A stretch of 64,000 bases of DNA from Eledone cirrhosa. Its lineage: Eukaryota. Positions 28,025 to 41,379 of the stretch are shown here, piece after piece. The position numbers and the translations under genes were made by a program. The DNA is taken from the NCBI GenBank assembly GCA_964016885.1, contig OZ024743.1:25234001-25298000 (forward strand), given 5' to 3'. Under the pieces are notes generated by a model, which saw only the letters and a program-made list of their open reading frames with translations, did no database searches and was not told the origin of the DNA. Numbering within the stretch: the stretch's first letter is position 1; each line of letters starts with the position of its first letter.

Positions 28025-28081
<57 letters not shown>

Positions 28082-28114
28082 TTCACAGTGGTATACATAT
28101 ATACACATTCACAC

Positions 28115-28160
<46 letters not shown>

Positions 28161-28206
28161 GCACATTCACACGTATATATATATATATATACACATTCAC
28201 ACATGC

Positions 28207-28237
<31 letters not shown>

Positions 28238-28859
28238 TGCACATTCACACACATATGTATGCACAAGTGTGTGTATTTCTGTTTGTCTATCTATCTATAT
28301 CTCCTTTTTCATTAATCTTTCATGATGTCTCTTAATTCAGTTCCCAGCCCCACCCACTCCTCATCATTCGTCCGGACTCTCACGCTCCCTTGCTCTTTCT
28401 CTCGCCTCTTTTGTATCTCTCTCTATCCCCCTCTCCTTTTCTCTTTCTCTCTCACTCACTCTCGAGCAATATCGCAGTCTGCATGTTTTGTAAAGTTATA
28501 AACGCCACTGCAATTCTGTAGAATATTTTGCTTTTATTTATCCATGAACGATAGCAATTTGATAGGAATCTCTGACACAGCCATTAAGCGACGGCTGACA
28601 CCAACCCTACCAATAACCAATCACCTATCACTCACCCACACCTACAAACCCTACCCATCATTTTCGCCTTTCCGCCATTTCCCGTCTTAGAAGAATTTTT
28701 TTTTTCTTTTCACTGCCGGAAAAAGAACTCTTCTGTCTCTTATTTGTGTATTTGTCACAATTATGTCTGCCCTTCCGCGTATCTTAATTTGACTAAATTA
28801 TGTTGATAAACAAAAACTGATTGAAAGGTCGTGGAAGCGGTGAGAGAATCTGTGTGATG

Positions 28860-29480
28860 AGAAGTGGAGAGGTGGAGAGGTGGTGAGGTGGAGAGGTGGT
28901 GAGGTGGTGAGGTGGTGAGGTGGTGAGGTGGTGAGGTGGTCATGTGGTGCGGTGGTGAGGTGGAGAGATGGTGAGGTGGTGAGGTGGAGGGGTGGAGTGG
29001 TGGTGTGGTGGAGAGGTGGTGAGGTGGAGAGGTGGTGTGGTGGTGAGGTGGAGAGGTGGTGTGGTGGTGAGGTGGCCATGTGGTGCGGTGGTGAGGTGGA
29101 GAGGTGGTGTGGTGGTGAGGTGGTGAGGTGGTGAGCTGGAGAGGTGGAGAGGTGGAGTATCAGAAATAGAGAAGAGGAAGGTGTGAAAGGAGAATGTGAT
29201 ATAGAAAAAGAGAGAAGGGAACAGCGAGAAAGAGAGGGAGAGAAGGGAACAGCGAGAAAGAGAGAGAGAGGGAGAGACAAAGAAAGAGGGAGAGGATGAG
29301 GGAGAGATAGAGAGAGGGGGAGAGCGATCGAGAGAGAGAGAGAGAGAAAGAGAAAAACAAAGAGAGAGAAAGAGAGAGAGTGAGAGAGAGAGAGAGACAA
29401 AGAGAGAGAAAGAGGGAGAGGGAGAGCGAGAGAGAAACAAAGAGAGTGAAGGAGGGAGAGAGAAGAGGGGGGAGCTAGAA
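28860..29480. repeat. (GGTGGTGA/GGTGGAGA)n followed by (GA)n low-complexity repeat
   Basis: Read directly. Confidence 0.9.
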
Positions 29481-29805
29481 GTAGCAAAAGGGATTTATTG
29501 CGTTTTTATTGCTCATGGACTAAGAAAGCGTTCCTCTTCCTTTGTTTAGTTTACATTAGGTCAAGCATTGATATTTGCATGTATGCATGCGCGCATGCAT
29601 TAATATATGCATGCATGTATACATATATGTATATATGTATGTATATATGTATGTATGTATGTTTGCATGTATGTATGTATGTGTGTATGTATAAATATAT
29701 GTATGTATGTATGTGTCTATGTATGCTTGTTTGTATGCATAAATGTGTAAATGCGTATACGCGCGTATATCTTATCTCTCCGTATACTCTCTCTCTCTGT
29801 CTCTG

Positions 29806-29864
<59 letters not shown>

Positions 29865-30047
29865 GAGTGTGTGTGTGTGTGTATGTATAAAATTTAGGAC
29901 GTTCATACATTTCCTTATGTAGTTGGAATAACTACAACCATATCCGTGTATGTACGTGTTTGTATGTATATATGTATATATATGTATGATGTGTGTACGT
30001 ATGTGTGTGTGTGTATGTGTATGTGTGTATATGTGTGTTTGTGTAGG

Positions 30048-30109
<62 letters not shown>

Positions 30110-30514
30110 TAGACGAACATGGAGTGTTGTTATTAGATTCACGTTTAACTAAGTGAACTAGTTTCAATAACCCCTATTACTTCATATCTCTTACGTTGCT
30201 ATTGCTTTCGGGAAAAATCTGAATGTTTCGAACCACACAATGCTTTGAACACGAGGAGACTTATCACCTAAATGATTGTCTGATATCTATGGTTTCGTGC
30301 AGTTAGGTCTAATACATATTTTGAAGCGAAACAGTTTGCCTGAGTAAATAAACATAGTGGACTCTCAGATATTTCTGAGACTAAATTAATCAAGTACATA
30401 TATTTAATTGTGATCGCTGGAACATGCTTCTAATTTTACCCATATCATTATCTACCCACACCACATGAATTTCCCTACCACATGTATTTGTGGTAGGGAA
30501 AGTCGATGGTGCGT

Positions 30515-31160
30515 TAGTGTATTTTATTTTATCGACCCCGTAATGCTGAAAGGCAAAGTTAACGTCGGTGAGATTTGAATTCAGACCATAAAGGGACGTA
30601 ACTCTATGCCTACCGACACTGCCAATCCACCCTTCTTTTGCTAGCTAATAAGGAATTCTACTATAGGCACAAGGCCAGTAATTTGGGAGAGGGGAAAGTC
30701 CATTAAATCGACCCCAGTACGTTACTGGTACTTTATTTTATCGACCCCGTAAGGATGAAAGGCAAAACTAACCTCGGCGGGATTTGACCTCAGACCTAGA
30801 GGGCCGTAACTCTATGCTGCAAAGCATGGCGTCCGACCCTCTACCGATACTGCCAATCCACTGCCCTAAAACATAAAGTCTCCTTATAAATTCGATAGGC
30901 ATTTTGCTCTAGACACTAACAATTCTGCCAATCTTCCGCCCCTTTTACTAGCTAATAATTGTTTCTACTTTTGGCACAAGGCCAGCAATTATCTCAGTGC
31001 ATTACTGGTACTTTATTTTATCGACCCCGTAAGGATGAAAGGCAAAGTTAACCTCGGCGGGATTTGAACTCAGATCATAAAGGCCCGTAACTCCATGCTG
31101 CAAAGCATGGCGTCCGACCCTCTACCGATACTGCCAATCCACCGCCAATCCATCGCCCTT
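30515..31160 (-). mobile_element. Three tandem SINE copies
   Basis: Three consecutive reverse-complement consensus matches. Confidence 0.88.
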
Positions 31161-31324
31161 AATAAGGATTTTAACATATACTTTAATAGGATAGTGTATA
31201 GTTGAGTAATTTGACACAATTCTTTTGCATGTACTTATTTTATCGATACCGAATTATGAAAGTCAATGTCGACTAAGGTAAGACTCTAAACAGTATTTTT
31301 TTTAATCAATGTTATTATTTTAGC

Positions 31325-31572
31325 TGTGGAGTGGTAGTATCGGTAGAGCGTCGGACAACATGCTTTGTGACATAGAGTTATGGCCCTTTATGTTATGGGG
31401 TCAAATCTCGCTAAGATTAGCTTTGCCTTTCCTCCTCACGGGGTCAATAAAATAAAGCACCTCCTCATGGGGTCAATAAAATAAAATAAATGAGCACTGG
31501 GGGTCGATTTAATCGACTTTTCCCACCGCCTTCAAATTGCTGGCCTTGTGTCTAAAGTAGAAACAATTATTA
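31325..31572 (+). mobile_element. tRNA-derived SINE (long variant, internal duplication)
   Basis: Consensus match including the GTCGATTTAATCGAC hairpin. Confidence 0.8.
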
Positions 31573-32010
31573 TTTTAGAAAAAATGTCTTCCTGAAAACC
31601 CAAATGGAATTGGTTTTATTTGCCACCTTTGAGTCATTGTTTAGTAGCACCAGTTAAATACTGGGATGATAGACAACAAACGCCATCAAAAATGCGCAGC
31701 CTTGAGCTCTGCTAATGGCAAAATCCTTACTTTTATTATAAAGACGTTAAACGACTCTTCAAGATGATAACTATACGATCAATAGATTCGTGAATACTTA
31801 GATAGATACAGTGTCAAATAGACGGACACAACATGTTATGCACAAACCTACAGGCATACATACATGTAGACATACATACATACTTACATATAGACATACA
31901 TACATACATATATACATACATACATACATATATACACATATACATACACACATATATATACATACATAAATACATATATACATACATATATACATATATA
32001 CATACATACA

Positions 32011-32044
<34 letters not shown>

Positions 32045-32266
32045 CATACATACTGAGATATTTAGAAGAGGGATAACCATAAAGAAAGATGGAGAAATGA
32101 AGGGAGAAAGAGGGAGTGATATATCTACGTAGGTAGTAAAAGAAAGTAACGAGCATATATATATATATATATGTATGTTTGTGTGTAAGTGTGTGTATGT
32201 ATGTGTATGTGTGTGTGTATGTATGTGTATGTGTGTGTGTGTGTAAAGAGGGATAGTGATAGAGAG

Positions 32267-32318
<52 letters not shown>

Positions 32319-32689
32319 AAGAAAGAGAGCAATAGATTTTTAGAAATATTGAGCGTTAAAGATGCGGATGCAATCGGCAAAGAGAGCCATACAAATGGCT
32401 TGACAAAGAAAGTGATAAAGAGATGACGCTATGTGTACGTGATCATTGGTTTACTAATCGGGTCAAAATGGCAGTGTTCGGTGTTGTCACAGTTGAGAGG
32501 TTAGCAAATGATGAGAATGGAGACTTTAAAAACTAACGAAATAGCCGAGCAATGAACGATATTGGGGTGGTGCTGGCTTTCACAAGATACAAGTCCGTTT
32601 AGCGATAACCACCTAAATGTGAAATGGGGCTTGTAAGGAATTGTGGGTTAAGATGGCGGCGTAGTTGGTTGGAATTACTCTGTTATTTA

Positions 32690-33430
32690 CAGTGATGGTA
32701 GTTGTGGCAGTGGTGTTAGTGTTGGTGGTGGTGGCTGTAGTGGTGGTGTTGGTAGTGGTGGTGGTTGTGGTTCTGGTTGTGGTGTTGGAAGTGGTGGTGA
32801 AAGTGGTTATGGTTGTTGGCGATGGTGGTAGTGGTGGTGGTGGTGGTGGTGGTGGTGGTGGTAGTGGTAGTGGTTGTGGTGTTGGTAGTGCTGTTGGTAG
32901 TGGTGTTGGTAGTGGTGGTGGTAGTGGTGGTGAAAGTGGTTATGGTTGTTGGCGATGGTGGTAGTTGTGTTGGTGGTGGTGGTAGTGGTGGTATTGGTGA
33001 TGGTGGTAGTTGTAGTGTTGGTAATGGTGGTGGTGGTGAAAGTGGTTTTGGTTGTTGGCGATGGTGGTAGTCGTGGTGGCGGTGGTGGTGGTGGTGGTAG
33101 TGGTAGTGGTGGTGTTGGTAGTGGCGGTGGTAGTGGTGGTGGGATGGTGATGATGGTGGTATTGAAAGTTGTTATGGTTGTTGGCGATGGTGGTAGTTGT
33201 GGTGGTAGTTGTGATGGTGGTGGTGGTGTTCGAGGTGGTGGTGGTGTTGGTGGTGGTAGTGGTAATGTTGTGGTGGTGGGGATAGTGGTGGTGATACTAG
33301 TGGTGGTGTTGGTAGTGGTGGTGTTGGTAGTGGTGGTGGTAGTGGTGGTGAAAGTGGTTATGGTTGCTGGCGATGGTAGTGGTAGTAGGGTGATGATAGT
33401 GGTGGTGGTGGTGGTAGTGGTTATTAATGA
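32690..33430. repeat. (GGT)n-rich degenerate repeat
   Basis: Read directly; recurring GAAAGTGGTTATGGTTGTTGGCGATGG unit. Confidence 0.9.
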
Positions 33431-33559
33431 TGGTATGAGTAGTGACGGTTCTAATAGAGTTTATAGTTGTTGTTTTTGTTGGTAGTAATAGTGGTGGTAA
33501 TACTGTTATTGGTAGGCTGTTATGCTATTACAGTGTAATGCACTTATAGTGTTGGTAAT

Positions 33560-36500
33560 ATGCTGTTGGTGGTGATGGTAGTAGTAGTGGTGGTGATAGT
33601 GGTTGTGTTTGGTGGTGGTGGTGGTAGTAGTGGTGGTGGTGGTGATAGTAGTTGTGTTTGTTGGTGGTGATGGTAGTAGTAGTGGTGGTGATAGTGGTTG
33701 TGTTTGTTGGTGGTGGTGGTAGTAGTGGTGGTGGTGGTGATAGTAGTTGTGTATGTTGGTGGTGATGGTAGTAGTAGTGGTGGTGATAGTGGTTGTGTTT
33801 GTTGGTGGTGGTGGTAGTAGTGGTGGTGGTGGTGATAGTAGTTGTGTTTGTTGGTGGTGGTAGTAGTAGTGGTGGTGATAGTAGTTGTGTTTGTTGGTGG
33901 TGGTGGTGGTAGTAGTGGTGGTGATAGTAGTTGTGTTTGTTGATGGTGGTGGTGGTAGTATTGGTGGTGACAGTAGTTGTTTGTTGGTGGTGGTGGTAGT
34001 AGTGGTGGTGGTGGGGATAGTAGTTGTGTTTGTTGGTGGTGGTGGTAGTAGTGGTGGTGGTGATAGTAGTTATGTTTGTTGGTTGTGGTGGTAGTAGTGG
34101 TGGTGGTGGTGATAGTAGTTGTGTTTGTTGGTGGTGGTGGTAGTAGTGGTGGTAGTAGTGGTGGTGATAGTAGTTGTGTTTGGTGGTGGTGGTGGTAGTA
34201 GTGGTGGTGGTGATAATAGTTGTGTTTGTTGGTGGTGGTGGTGGTGGTAGTAGTGGTGGTGATAGTAGTTGTGTTTGTTGATGGTGGTGGTGGTAGTATT
34301 GGTGGTGATAGTAGTTGTGTTTGTTGGTGGTGGTAGTAGTGGTGGTGATAGTAGTTGTGTTTGTTGGTGGTGGTGGTGGTAGTAGTGGTGGTGATAGTAG
34401 TTGTGTTTGTTGGTGGTGGTAGTAGTGGTGGTGATAGTAGTTGTGTTTGTTGGTGGTGGTGGTGGTAGTAGTGGTGGTGATAGTAGTTGTGTTTGTTGAT
34501 GATGGTGGTGGTAGTATTGGTGGTGATAGTAGTTGTGTTTGTTGATGATGGTGGTGGTAGTATTGGTGGTGATAGTAGTTGTGTTTGTTGATGGTGGTGG
34601 TGGTAGTATTGGTGGTGATAGTAGTTGTGTTTGTTGGTGGTGGTGGTAGTAGTGGTGGTAGTAGTGGTGTTGATAGTAGTTGTGTTTGTTGGTGGTGGTG
34701 GTAGTAGTGGTGGTGGTGATAGTAGTTATGTTTGTTGGTGGTGGTGATGGTAGTAGTGGTGGTGATAGTAGTTGTATTTGTTGGTGGTGGTGGTATTAGT
34801 GGTGGTGATAGTAGTTGTGTTTGTTGGTGGTGGTGGTGGTAGTATTGGTGGTGATAGTAGTTGTGTTTGTTGGTGGTGGTGGTAGTAGTGGTGGTAGTAG
34901 TGGTGTTGATAGTAGTTGTGTTTGTTGGTGGTGGTGGTAGTAGTGGTGGTGGTGGTGATAGTAGTTGTTTTTGTTGGTGGTGGTGGTAGTAGTGGTGGTA
35001 GTAGTGTTGGTGATAGTAGTTGTGTTTGTTGGTGGTGGTGGTATTAGTGGTGGTGATAGTAGTTGTGTTTGTTGGTGGTGGTGGTAGTAGTGGTGGTAGT
35101 AGTGGTGGTGATAGTAGTTGTTTTTGTTGGTGGTGGTGGTAGTAGTGATGGTAGTAGTGGTGGTGATAGTAGTTGTGTTTGTTGGTGGTGGTGGTATTAG
35201 TGGTGGTGATAGTAGTTGTGTTTGTTGGTGGTGGTGGTAGTAGTGGTGGTAGTAGTGGTGGTGATAGTAGTTGTTTTTGTTGGTGGTGGTGGTAGTAGTG
35301 ATGGTAGTAGTGGTGGTGATAGTAGTTGTATTTGTTGGTGGTGGTGGTATTAGTGGTGGTGATAGTAGTTGTGTTTGTTGGTGGTGGTGGTGGTAGTATT
35401 GGTGGTGATAGTAGTTGTGTTTGTTGGTGGTGGTGGTAGTAGTGGTGGTAGTAGTGGTGTTGATAGTAGTTGTGTTTGTTGGTGGTGGTAGTAGTAGTGG
35501 TGGTGATAGTAGTTGCGTTTGTTTGTGATGGTGGTAGTAGTGGTGGTGGTAGTGGTGGTGATAGTAGTTGTGTTTGTTGGTGATGGTGGTAGTAGTGGTG
35601 GTAGTAGTGGTGGTGATAGTAGTTGTGTTTGTTGGTGGTGGTGGTAGTAGTGGTGGTAGTAGTGGTGGTGATAGTAGTTGTGTTTGTTGGTGGTGGTGGC
35701 GGTGGTATTGGTGGTGATAGTAGTTGTGTTTGTTGGTCGTGGTGGTAGTAGTGGTGGTAGTAGTGGTGGTGATGGTAGTTGTGTTTGTTGGTGGTGATGG
35801 TAGTAGTAGTGGTGGTGATAGTAGTTGTGTTTGTTGGTAGTGGTGGTAGTAGTGGTGGTAGTAGTGGTGGTGATAGTAGTTGTGTTTGTTGGTGGTGGTG
35901 GTAGTAGTGGTGGTAGTAGTGGTGGTGATAGTAGTTGTATTTGTTGGTGGTGGTGGTAGTAGTGGTGGTAGTAGTGGTGGTGATAGTAGTTGTGTTTGTT
36001 GGTGATGGTGGTAGTAGTGGTGGTAGTAGTGGTGGTGATTGTAGTTGTGTTTGTTGGTGATGGTGGTAGTGGTGGTGGTGGTGATAGTAGTTGTGTTTGT
36101 TGGTGGTGGTGGTAGTAGTGGTGGTAGTAGTGGTGGTGATAGTAGTTGTATTTGTTGGTGGTGGTGGTAGTAGTGGTGGTAGTAGTGGTGGTGATAGTAG
36201 TTGTGTTTGTTGGTGATGGTGGTAGTAGTGGTGGTAGTAGTGGTGGTGATTGTAGTTGTGTTTGTTGGTGATGGTGGTAGTGGTGGTGGTGGTGGTGGTG
36301 GTGATAGTAGTTGTGTTTGTTGGTGATGGTGGTAGTAGTGGTGGTAGTAGTAGTTGTGTTTGTTGGTGGTGGTGGTAGTAGTGGTGGTAGTAGTGGTGGT
36401 GATAATAGTTGTGTTTGTTGGTGATGGTGGTAGTAGTGGTGGTAGTAGTGGTGGTGATAGTAGTTGTGTTTGTTGGTGATGGTGGTAGTAGTGGTGGTAG

Positions 36501-38060
36501 TAGTGGTGGTGATAGTAGTTGTGTTTGTTGGTGATGGTGGTAGTGGTGGTGGTGGTGGTGATAGTAGTTGTGTTTGTTGGTGGTGGTGGTAGTAGTGGTG
36601 GTAGTAGTGGTGGTGATAGTAGTTGTGTTTGTTGGTGGTGGTGGTAGTAGTGGTGATAGTAGTGGTGGTGATAGTAGTTGTGTTTGTTGGTGGTGGTGGT
36701 AGTAGTTGTGTTTGTTGGTGATGGTCGTAGTAGTAGTGGTGGTAGTAGTGGTGGTGATAGTAGTTGTGTTTGTTGGTGGTGGTGGTAGTAGTGGTGGTGA
36801 TAGTAGTTGTGTTTGTTGGTGGTGGTGGTGGTAGTAGTGGTGGTGATAGTAGTTGTGTTTGTTGGTGGTGGTGGTAGTAGTAGTGGTGGTAGTAGTGGTG
36901 GTGATAGTAGTTGTGTTTGTTGGTGGTGGTGGTAGTAGTGGTGGTAGTAGTGGTGGTGATGGTAGTTGTGTTTGTTGGTGGTGGTGGTAGTAGTGGTGGT
37001 GATAGTAGTTGTGTTTGTTGGTGGTGGTGGTGGTAGTAGTAGTGGTGGTAGTAGTGGTGGTGATAGTAGTTGTGTTTGTTGGTGGTGGTGGTAGTAGTGG
37101 TGGTAGTAGTGGTGGTGATGGTAGTTGTGTTTGTTGGTGGTGGTGGTAGTAGTAGTGGTAGTAGTGGTGGTGATAGTAGTTGTGTTTGTTGGTGATGGTG
37201 GTAGTAGTAGTGGTGGTGATAGTAGTTGTGTTTGTTGGTGGTGGTGGTAGTAGTGGTGGTGGTAGTGGTGGTGATAGTAGTTGTGTTTGTTGGTGGTGGT
37301 GGTAGTGGTGGTGATAGTAGTTGTGTTTGTTGGTGGTGGTGGTAGTAGTGGTGGTAGTAGTGGTGGTGATAGTAGTTGTGTTTATTGGTGGTGGTGGTAG
37401 TAGTGGTGGTAGTAGTGGTGGTGATTGTAGTTGTGTTTGTTGGTGATGGTGGTAGTGGTGGTGGTGGTGATAGTAGTTGTGTTTGTTGGTGGTGGTGGTA
37501 GTAGTGGTGGTAGTAGTGGTGGTGATAGTAGTTGTGTTTGTTGGTGGTGGTGGTAGTAGTAGTGGTGGTAGTAGTGGTGGTGATAGTAGTTGTGTTTGTT
37601 GGTGGTGGTGGTAGTAGTAGTGGTCGTAGTAGTGCTGGTGATAGTAGTTGTGTTTGTTGGTGGTGGTGGTAGTAGTGGTGGTAGTAGTGGTGGTGATAGT
37701 AGTTGTGTTTATTGGTGGTGGTGGTAGTAGTAGTGGTAGTAGTGGTGGTGATAGTAGTTGTGTTTATTGGTTGTGGTGGTGGCAGTAGTGGTGGTAATAG
37801 TAGTTGTGTTTGTTGTTGGTGGTGGTGGCAGTAGTGGTGGTAATAGTAGTTGTGTTTGTTTGTGGTGGTGGTAGTAGTGGTGGTAGTAGTTGTGTTTGTT
37901 GGTGATGGTGGTAGTAGCGGTGGTGATAGTAGTTGTGTTTGTTGGTGGTGGTGGTGGTAGTAGTGGTGGTGATAGTAGTTGTGTTTGTTGGTGGTGGTGG
38001 TGGTAGTAGTGGTGGTGGTAGTAGTAGTGGTGGTAATAGTAGTTGTGTTTGTTGGTGGTG
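33560..38060. repeat. ~4.5-kb minisatellite, core GATAGTAGTTGTGTTTGTT plus variable (GGT)n(AGT)n
   Basis: Roughly 100 units of about 34-49 bp, lengths varying in steps of 3. Confidence 0.95.
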
Positions 38061-38469
38061 GTGAGAGTGGTTGACTCTGTTGATGGTGGTGGTAGTAGTA
38101 GATGTAGTGATAGTTGCCGCGGACTTTGGTGATGGTGGTAGTAGTAGTAGTGGTTTCTAGTAGTAACGTGGATGGTAGCCATCATAGTGGTGTTTGTGGT
38201 AATAGTTTATATTAGTGATGACGATGGTGATGTTTATTTTTATGTTAGTATTCATTGGTGGTGGTGTGGGCGGGGGGAGGGGGATGTTCTGATATTGGAA
38301 ATGTTGTTGGTAGCGATTCGGATGGTAGTAGTCATTGTTAATTATGTTGTTGTTGTTAGTAGTAGTAGTAATTGTAGTAGTAGTAGTAGTAATGGTGTTG
38401 TTGTTGTTGGTGGTGGTGATGGTGATGGTAATGGTTACATTACTGTTTATAATGGAATGTGGTTCTGGT

Positions 38470-40410
38470 GGTGGTGATGGGAAGTTGTAGTTCTTGTGGT
38501 AGTGGTGGTGGTGGTGATGGGAAGTTGTAGTTCTTGTGGTAGTGGTGGTGGTGGTGATGGGAAGTTGTAGTTCTTGTGGTAGTGGAGGTGGTGGTGGTGG
38601 GAAGTTGTAGTTCTTGCGGTAGTCGAGGTGGTGGTAGTGGGAAGTTGTAGTTCTTGTGGTAGTGGAGGTGGTGGTGATGGGAAGTTGTAGTTCTTGTGGT
38701 AGTGGTGGTGGTGGTGATGGGAAGTTGTAGTTCTTGTGGTAGTGGAGGTGGTGGTGGTGGGAAGTTGTAGTTCTTGTGGTAGTGGAGGTGGTGGTGATGG
38801 GAAGTTGTAGTTCTTGTGGTAGTGGTGGTGGTGGTGATGGGAAGTTGTAGTTCTTGTGGTAGTGGAGGTGGTGGTGGTGGGAAGTTGTAGTCCTTGTGGT
38901 AGTGGAGGTGGTGGTGGTGGGAAGTTGTAGTTCTTGTGGTAGTGGAGGTGGTGGTAGTGGGAAGTTGTAGTTCTTGTGGTAGTGAAGGTGGTGGTGGTGG
39001 GAAGTTGTAGTCCTTGTGGCAGTGGAGGTGGTGGTGCTGGGAAGTTGTAGTTCTTGTGGTAGTGGAGGTGGTGATGGTGGGAAGTTGTAGTCCTTGTGGT
39101 AGTGGAGGTGGTGGTGATGGGAAGTTTTAGTTCTTGTGGTAATGGAGGTGGTGGTGCTGGGAAGTTGTAGTTCTTGTGGTAGTGGTGGTGGTGGTGGTGA
39201 TGGGAAGTTGTAGTTCTTGTGGTAGTGGAGGTGGTGGTGGTGGGAAGTTGTAGTTCTTGTGGTAGTCGAGGTGGTGGTAGTGGGAAGTTGTAGTTCTTGT
39301 GGTAGTGGAGGTGGTGGTGATGGGAAGTTGTAGTTCTTGTGGTAGTGGTGGTGGTGGTGATGGGAAGTTGTAGTTCTTGTGGTAGTGGAGGTGGTGGTGG
39401 TGGGAAGTTGTAGTTCTTGTGGTAGTGGAGGTGGTGGTGATGGGAAGTTGTAGTTCTTGTGGTAGTGGTGGTGGTGGTGATGGGAAGTTGTAGTTCTTGT
39501 GGTAGTGGAGGTGGTGGTGGTGGGAAGTTGTAGTCCTTGTGGTAGTGGAGGTGGTGGTGGTGGGAAGTTGTACTTCTTGTGGTAGTGGAGGTGGTGGTAG
39601 TGGGAAGTTGTAGTTCTTGTGGTAGTGAAGGTGGTGGTGGTGGGAAGTTGTAGTCCTTGTGGCAGTGGAGGTGGTGGTGGTGGGAAGTTGTAGTTCTTGT
39701 GGTAGTGGAGATGGTGATGGTGGGAAGTTGTAGTCCTTGTGGTAGTGGAGGTGGTGGTGGTCGGAAGTTGTAGTCCTTGTGGTAGTGGAGGTGGTGGTGC
39801 TGGGAAGTTTTAGTTCTTGTGGTAGTGAAGGTGGTGGTGGGAATTTGTAGTTCTTGTGGTAGTGGAGGTGGTGCTGGGAAGTTGTAGTTCTTGTGGTAGT
39901 AGAGGTGCTGGTGGTGGGAAGTTGTAGTTCTTGTGGTAGTGGAGGTAGTGGTAGTGGGAAGTTGTAGTCCTCGTGGTAGTGGAGGTGGTGGTGGGAAGTT
40001 GTAGTTCTTGTGGTAGTGGAGGTGGGAAGTTGTAGTTCTTGTGGTAGTGGAGGTGGATTGTGGGAAGTTGTAGTTCTTGTGGTAATGGAGGTGGTGGTGC
40101 TGGGAAGTTGTAGTTCTTGTGGTAGTGGAGGTGGTGATGCTGGGAAGTTGTAGCTCTTGTGGTAGTGGAGGTGGTGGTGGTGGGACGTTGTAGTCCTTGT
40201 GGTAGTGGAGTTGGTGGTGGGAATTTGTAGTTCTTGTGGTAGTGGAGGTGGTGGTGGGAAGTTGTAGTTCTTGTGGTAGTGGAGGTGGTGCTGGGAAGTT
40301 GTAGTTCTTGTGGTAGTGGAGGTGGTGGTGGTGGGAAGTTGTAGTTCTAGTGGTAGTGGAGGTGGTGGTGGTGGGAAGTTGTAGTTCTTGTGGTAGTGGA
40401 GGTGGTGGTG
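38470..40410. repeat. 40-bp minisatellite GGGAAGTTGTAGTTCTTGTGGTAGTGGAGGTGGTGGTGRT
   Basis: About 48 units, exact 40-bp phase visible in the first half. Confidence 0.95.
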
Positions 40411-40694
40411 CAGATGATACTCGTTATAATGGAGAGGGTATTATTGACATTATTTGTGGATTGGGTGTCAATGGTAACAGCGAAGATGACCTTCTATCAA
40501 ATTTATGGGGTGGGGTGGGGGTGGCGGTGGCGGTGTGGTGATGGTAGTCATTGTGGTGCTGGTGGTTGTGGTGGTGCTGAGATAGTTGCAGTCGTGGTAG
40601 GGAAGTGATTGGAGTTACGTTACTGGTAGAAATGGCGAAGGTGGTGCTGAGGTTGCTTGTAATGGTGTTGAGACAATTTTGCTTAGTAAACTCT

Positions 40695-40812
40695 AATTGT
40701 TTCTACTTTAGGCACAAGGCCAGCAATTACCCAGTACATTACTGGTACTTTATTTTATCGACCCCGTAAGGATGAAAGACAAAGTTAACCTCGGTGGGAT
40801 TTGAACTCAGAA
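40695..40812 (-). mobile_element. SINE 3' half
   Basis: Consensus match. Confidence 0.85.
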
Positions 40813-41379
40813 ATGGTACTTATGTGAGGTTGATTGATTAAACTGTTGGTGGTGGAAGTAGTGGTGGTGATGCTGTTGCAGTGTGGTAATATGTTTCAGC
40901 TGCTAATCCTAGCAGGTCGAACGACCACATAGAGGTCTCCTCTTTGGTTTGTTTAAATGAGTGTTTGCGAGGCAGTGGTGTTGTTGTTATTAGTGGTGGT
41001 GGTGCTAGTGGTGTTGTTGTTAGTGGTGGTGGTGCTAGTGGTGGTGGTGCTAGTGGCGAAGTGTGTGGATGGAGGAGATTTTTTTAGGGTAACAATGATG
41101 GTGGGGATATTGGCAATATATGTCATGTTGTAGATGTTATTGTTGTTAGGCTGGTGATGTTGGTGTGGGTGTTATGGTACCGCACTTTTGACCAAGTATT
41201 AATTTGGTGAAGTTTATGATTTGGTAGAAGATAAAGTTCGTGGTGGTGGTCATAGTGGACGGGATTATTAATGATGTTGTATGTGGTGGTGATCGTGTTG
41301 ATTGTTGAAATTATGAGGAATATAAAGCAATGGGTAGGGGAAAGTTTGTAGTTGCCACATGAAATGCTATATAATGATG

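Noticed and set aside
33560-40410. CRISPR-like array or mucin-like coding repeat
   Set aside because: 'Spacers' are only GGT/AGT triplets, there are no cas genes and the context is eukaryotic. Minus-strand stop scarcity follows from base composition, and 3n+1 units cycle the frame.
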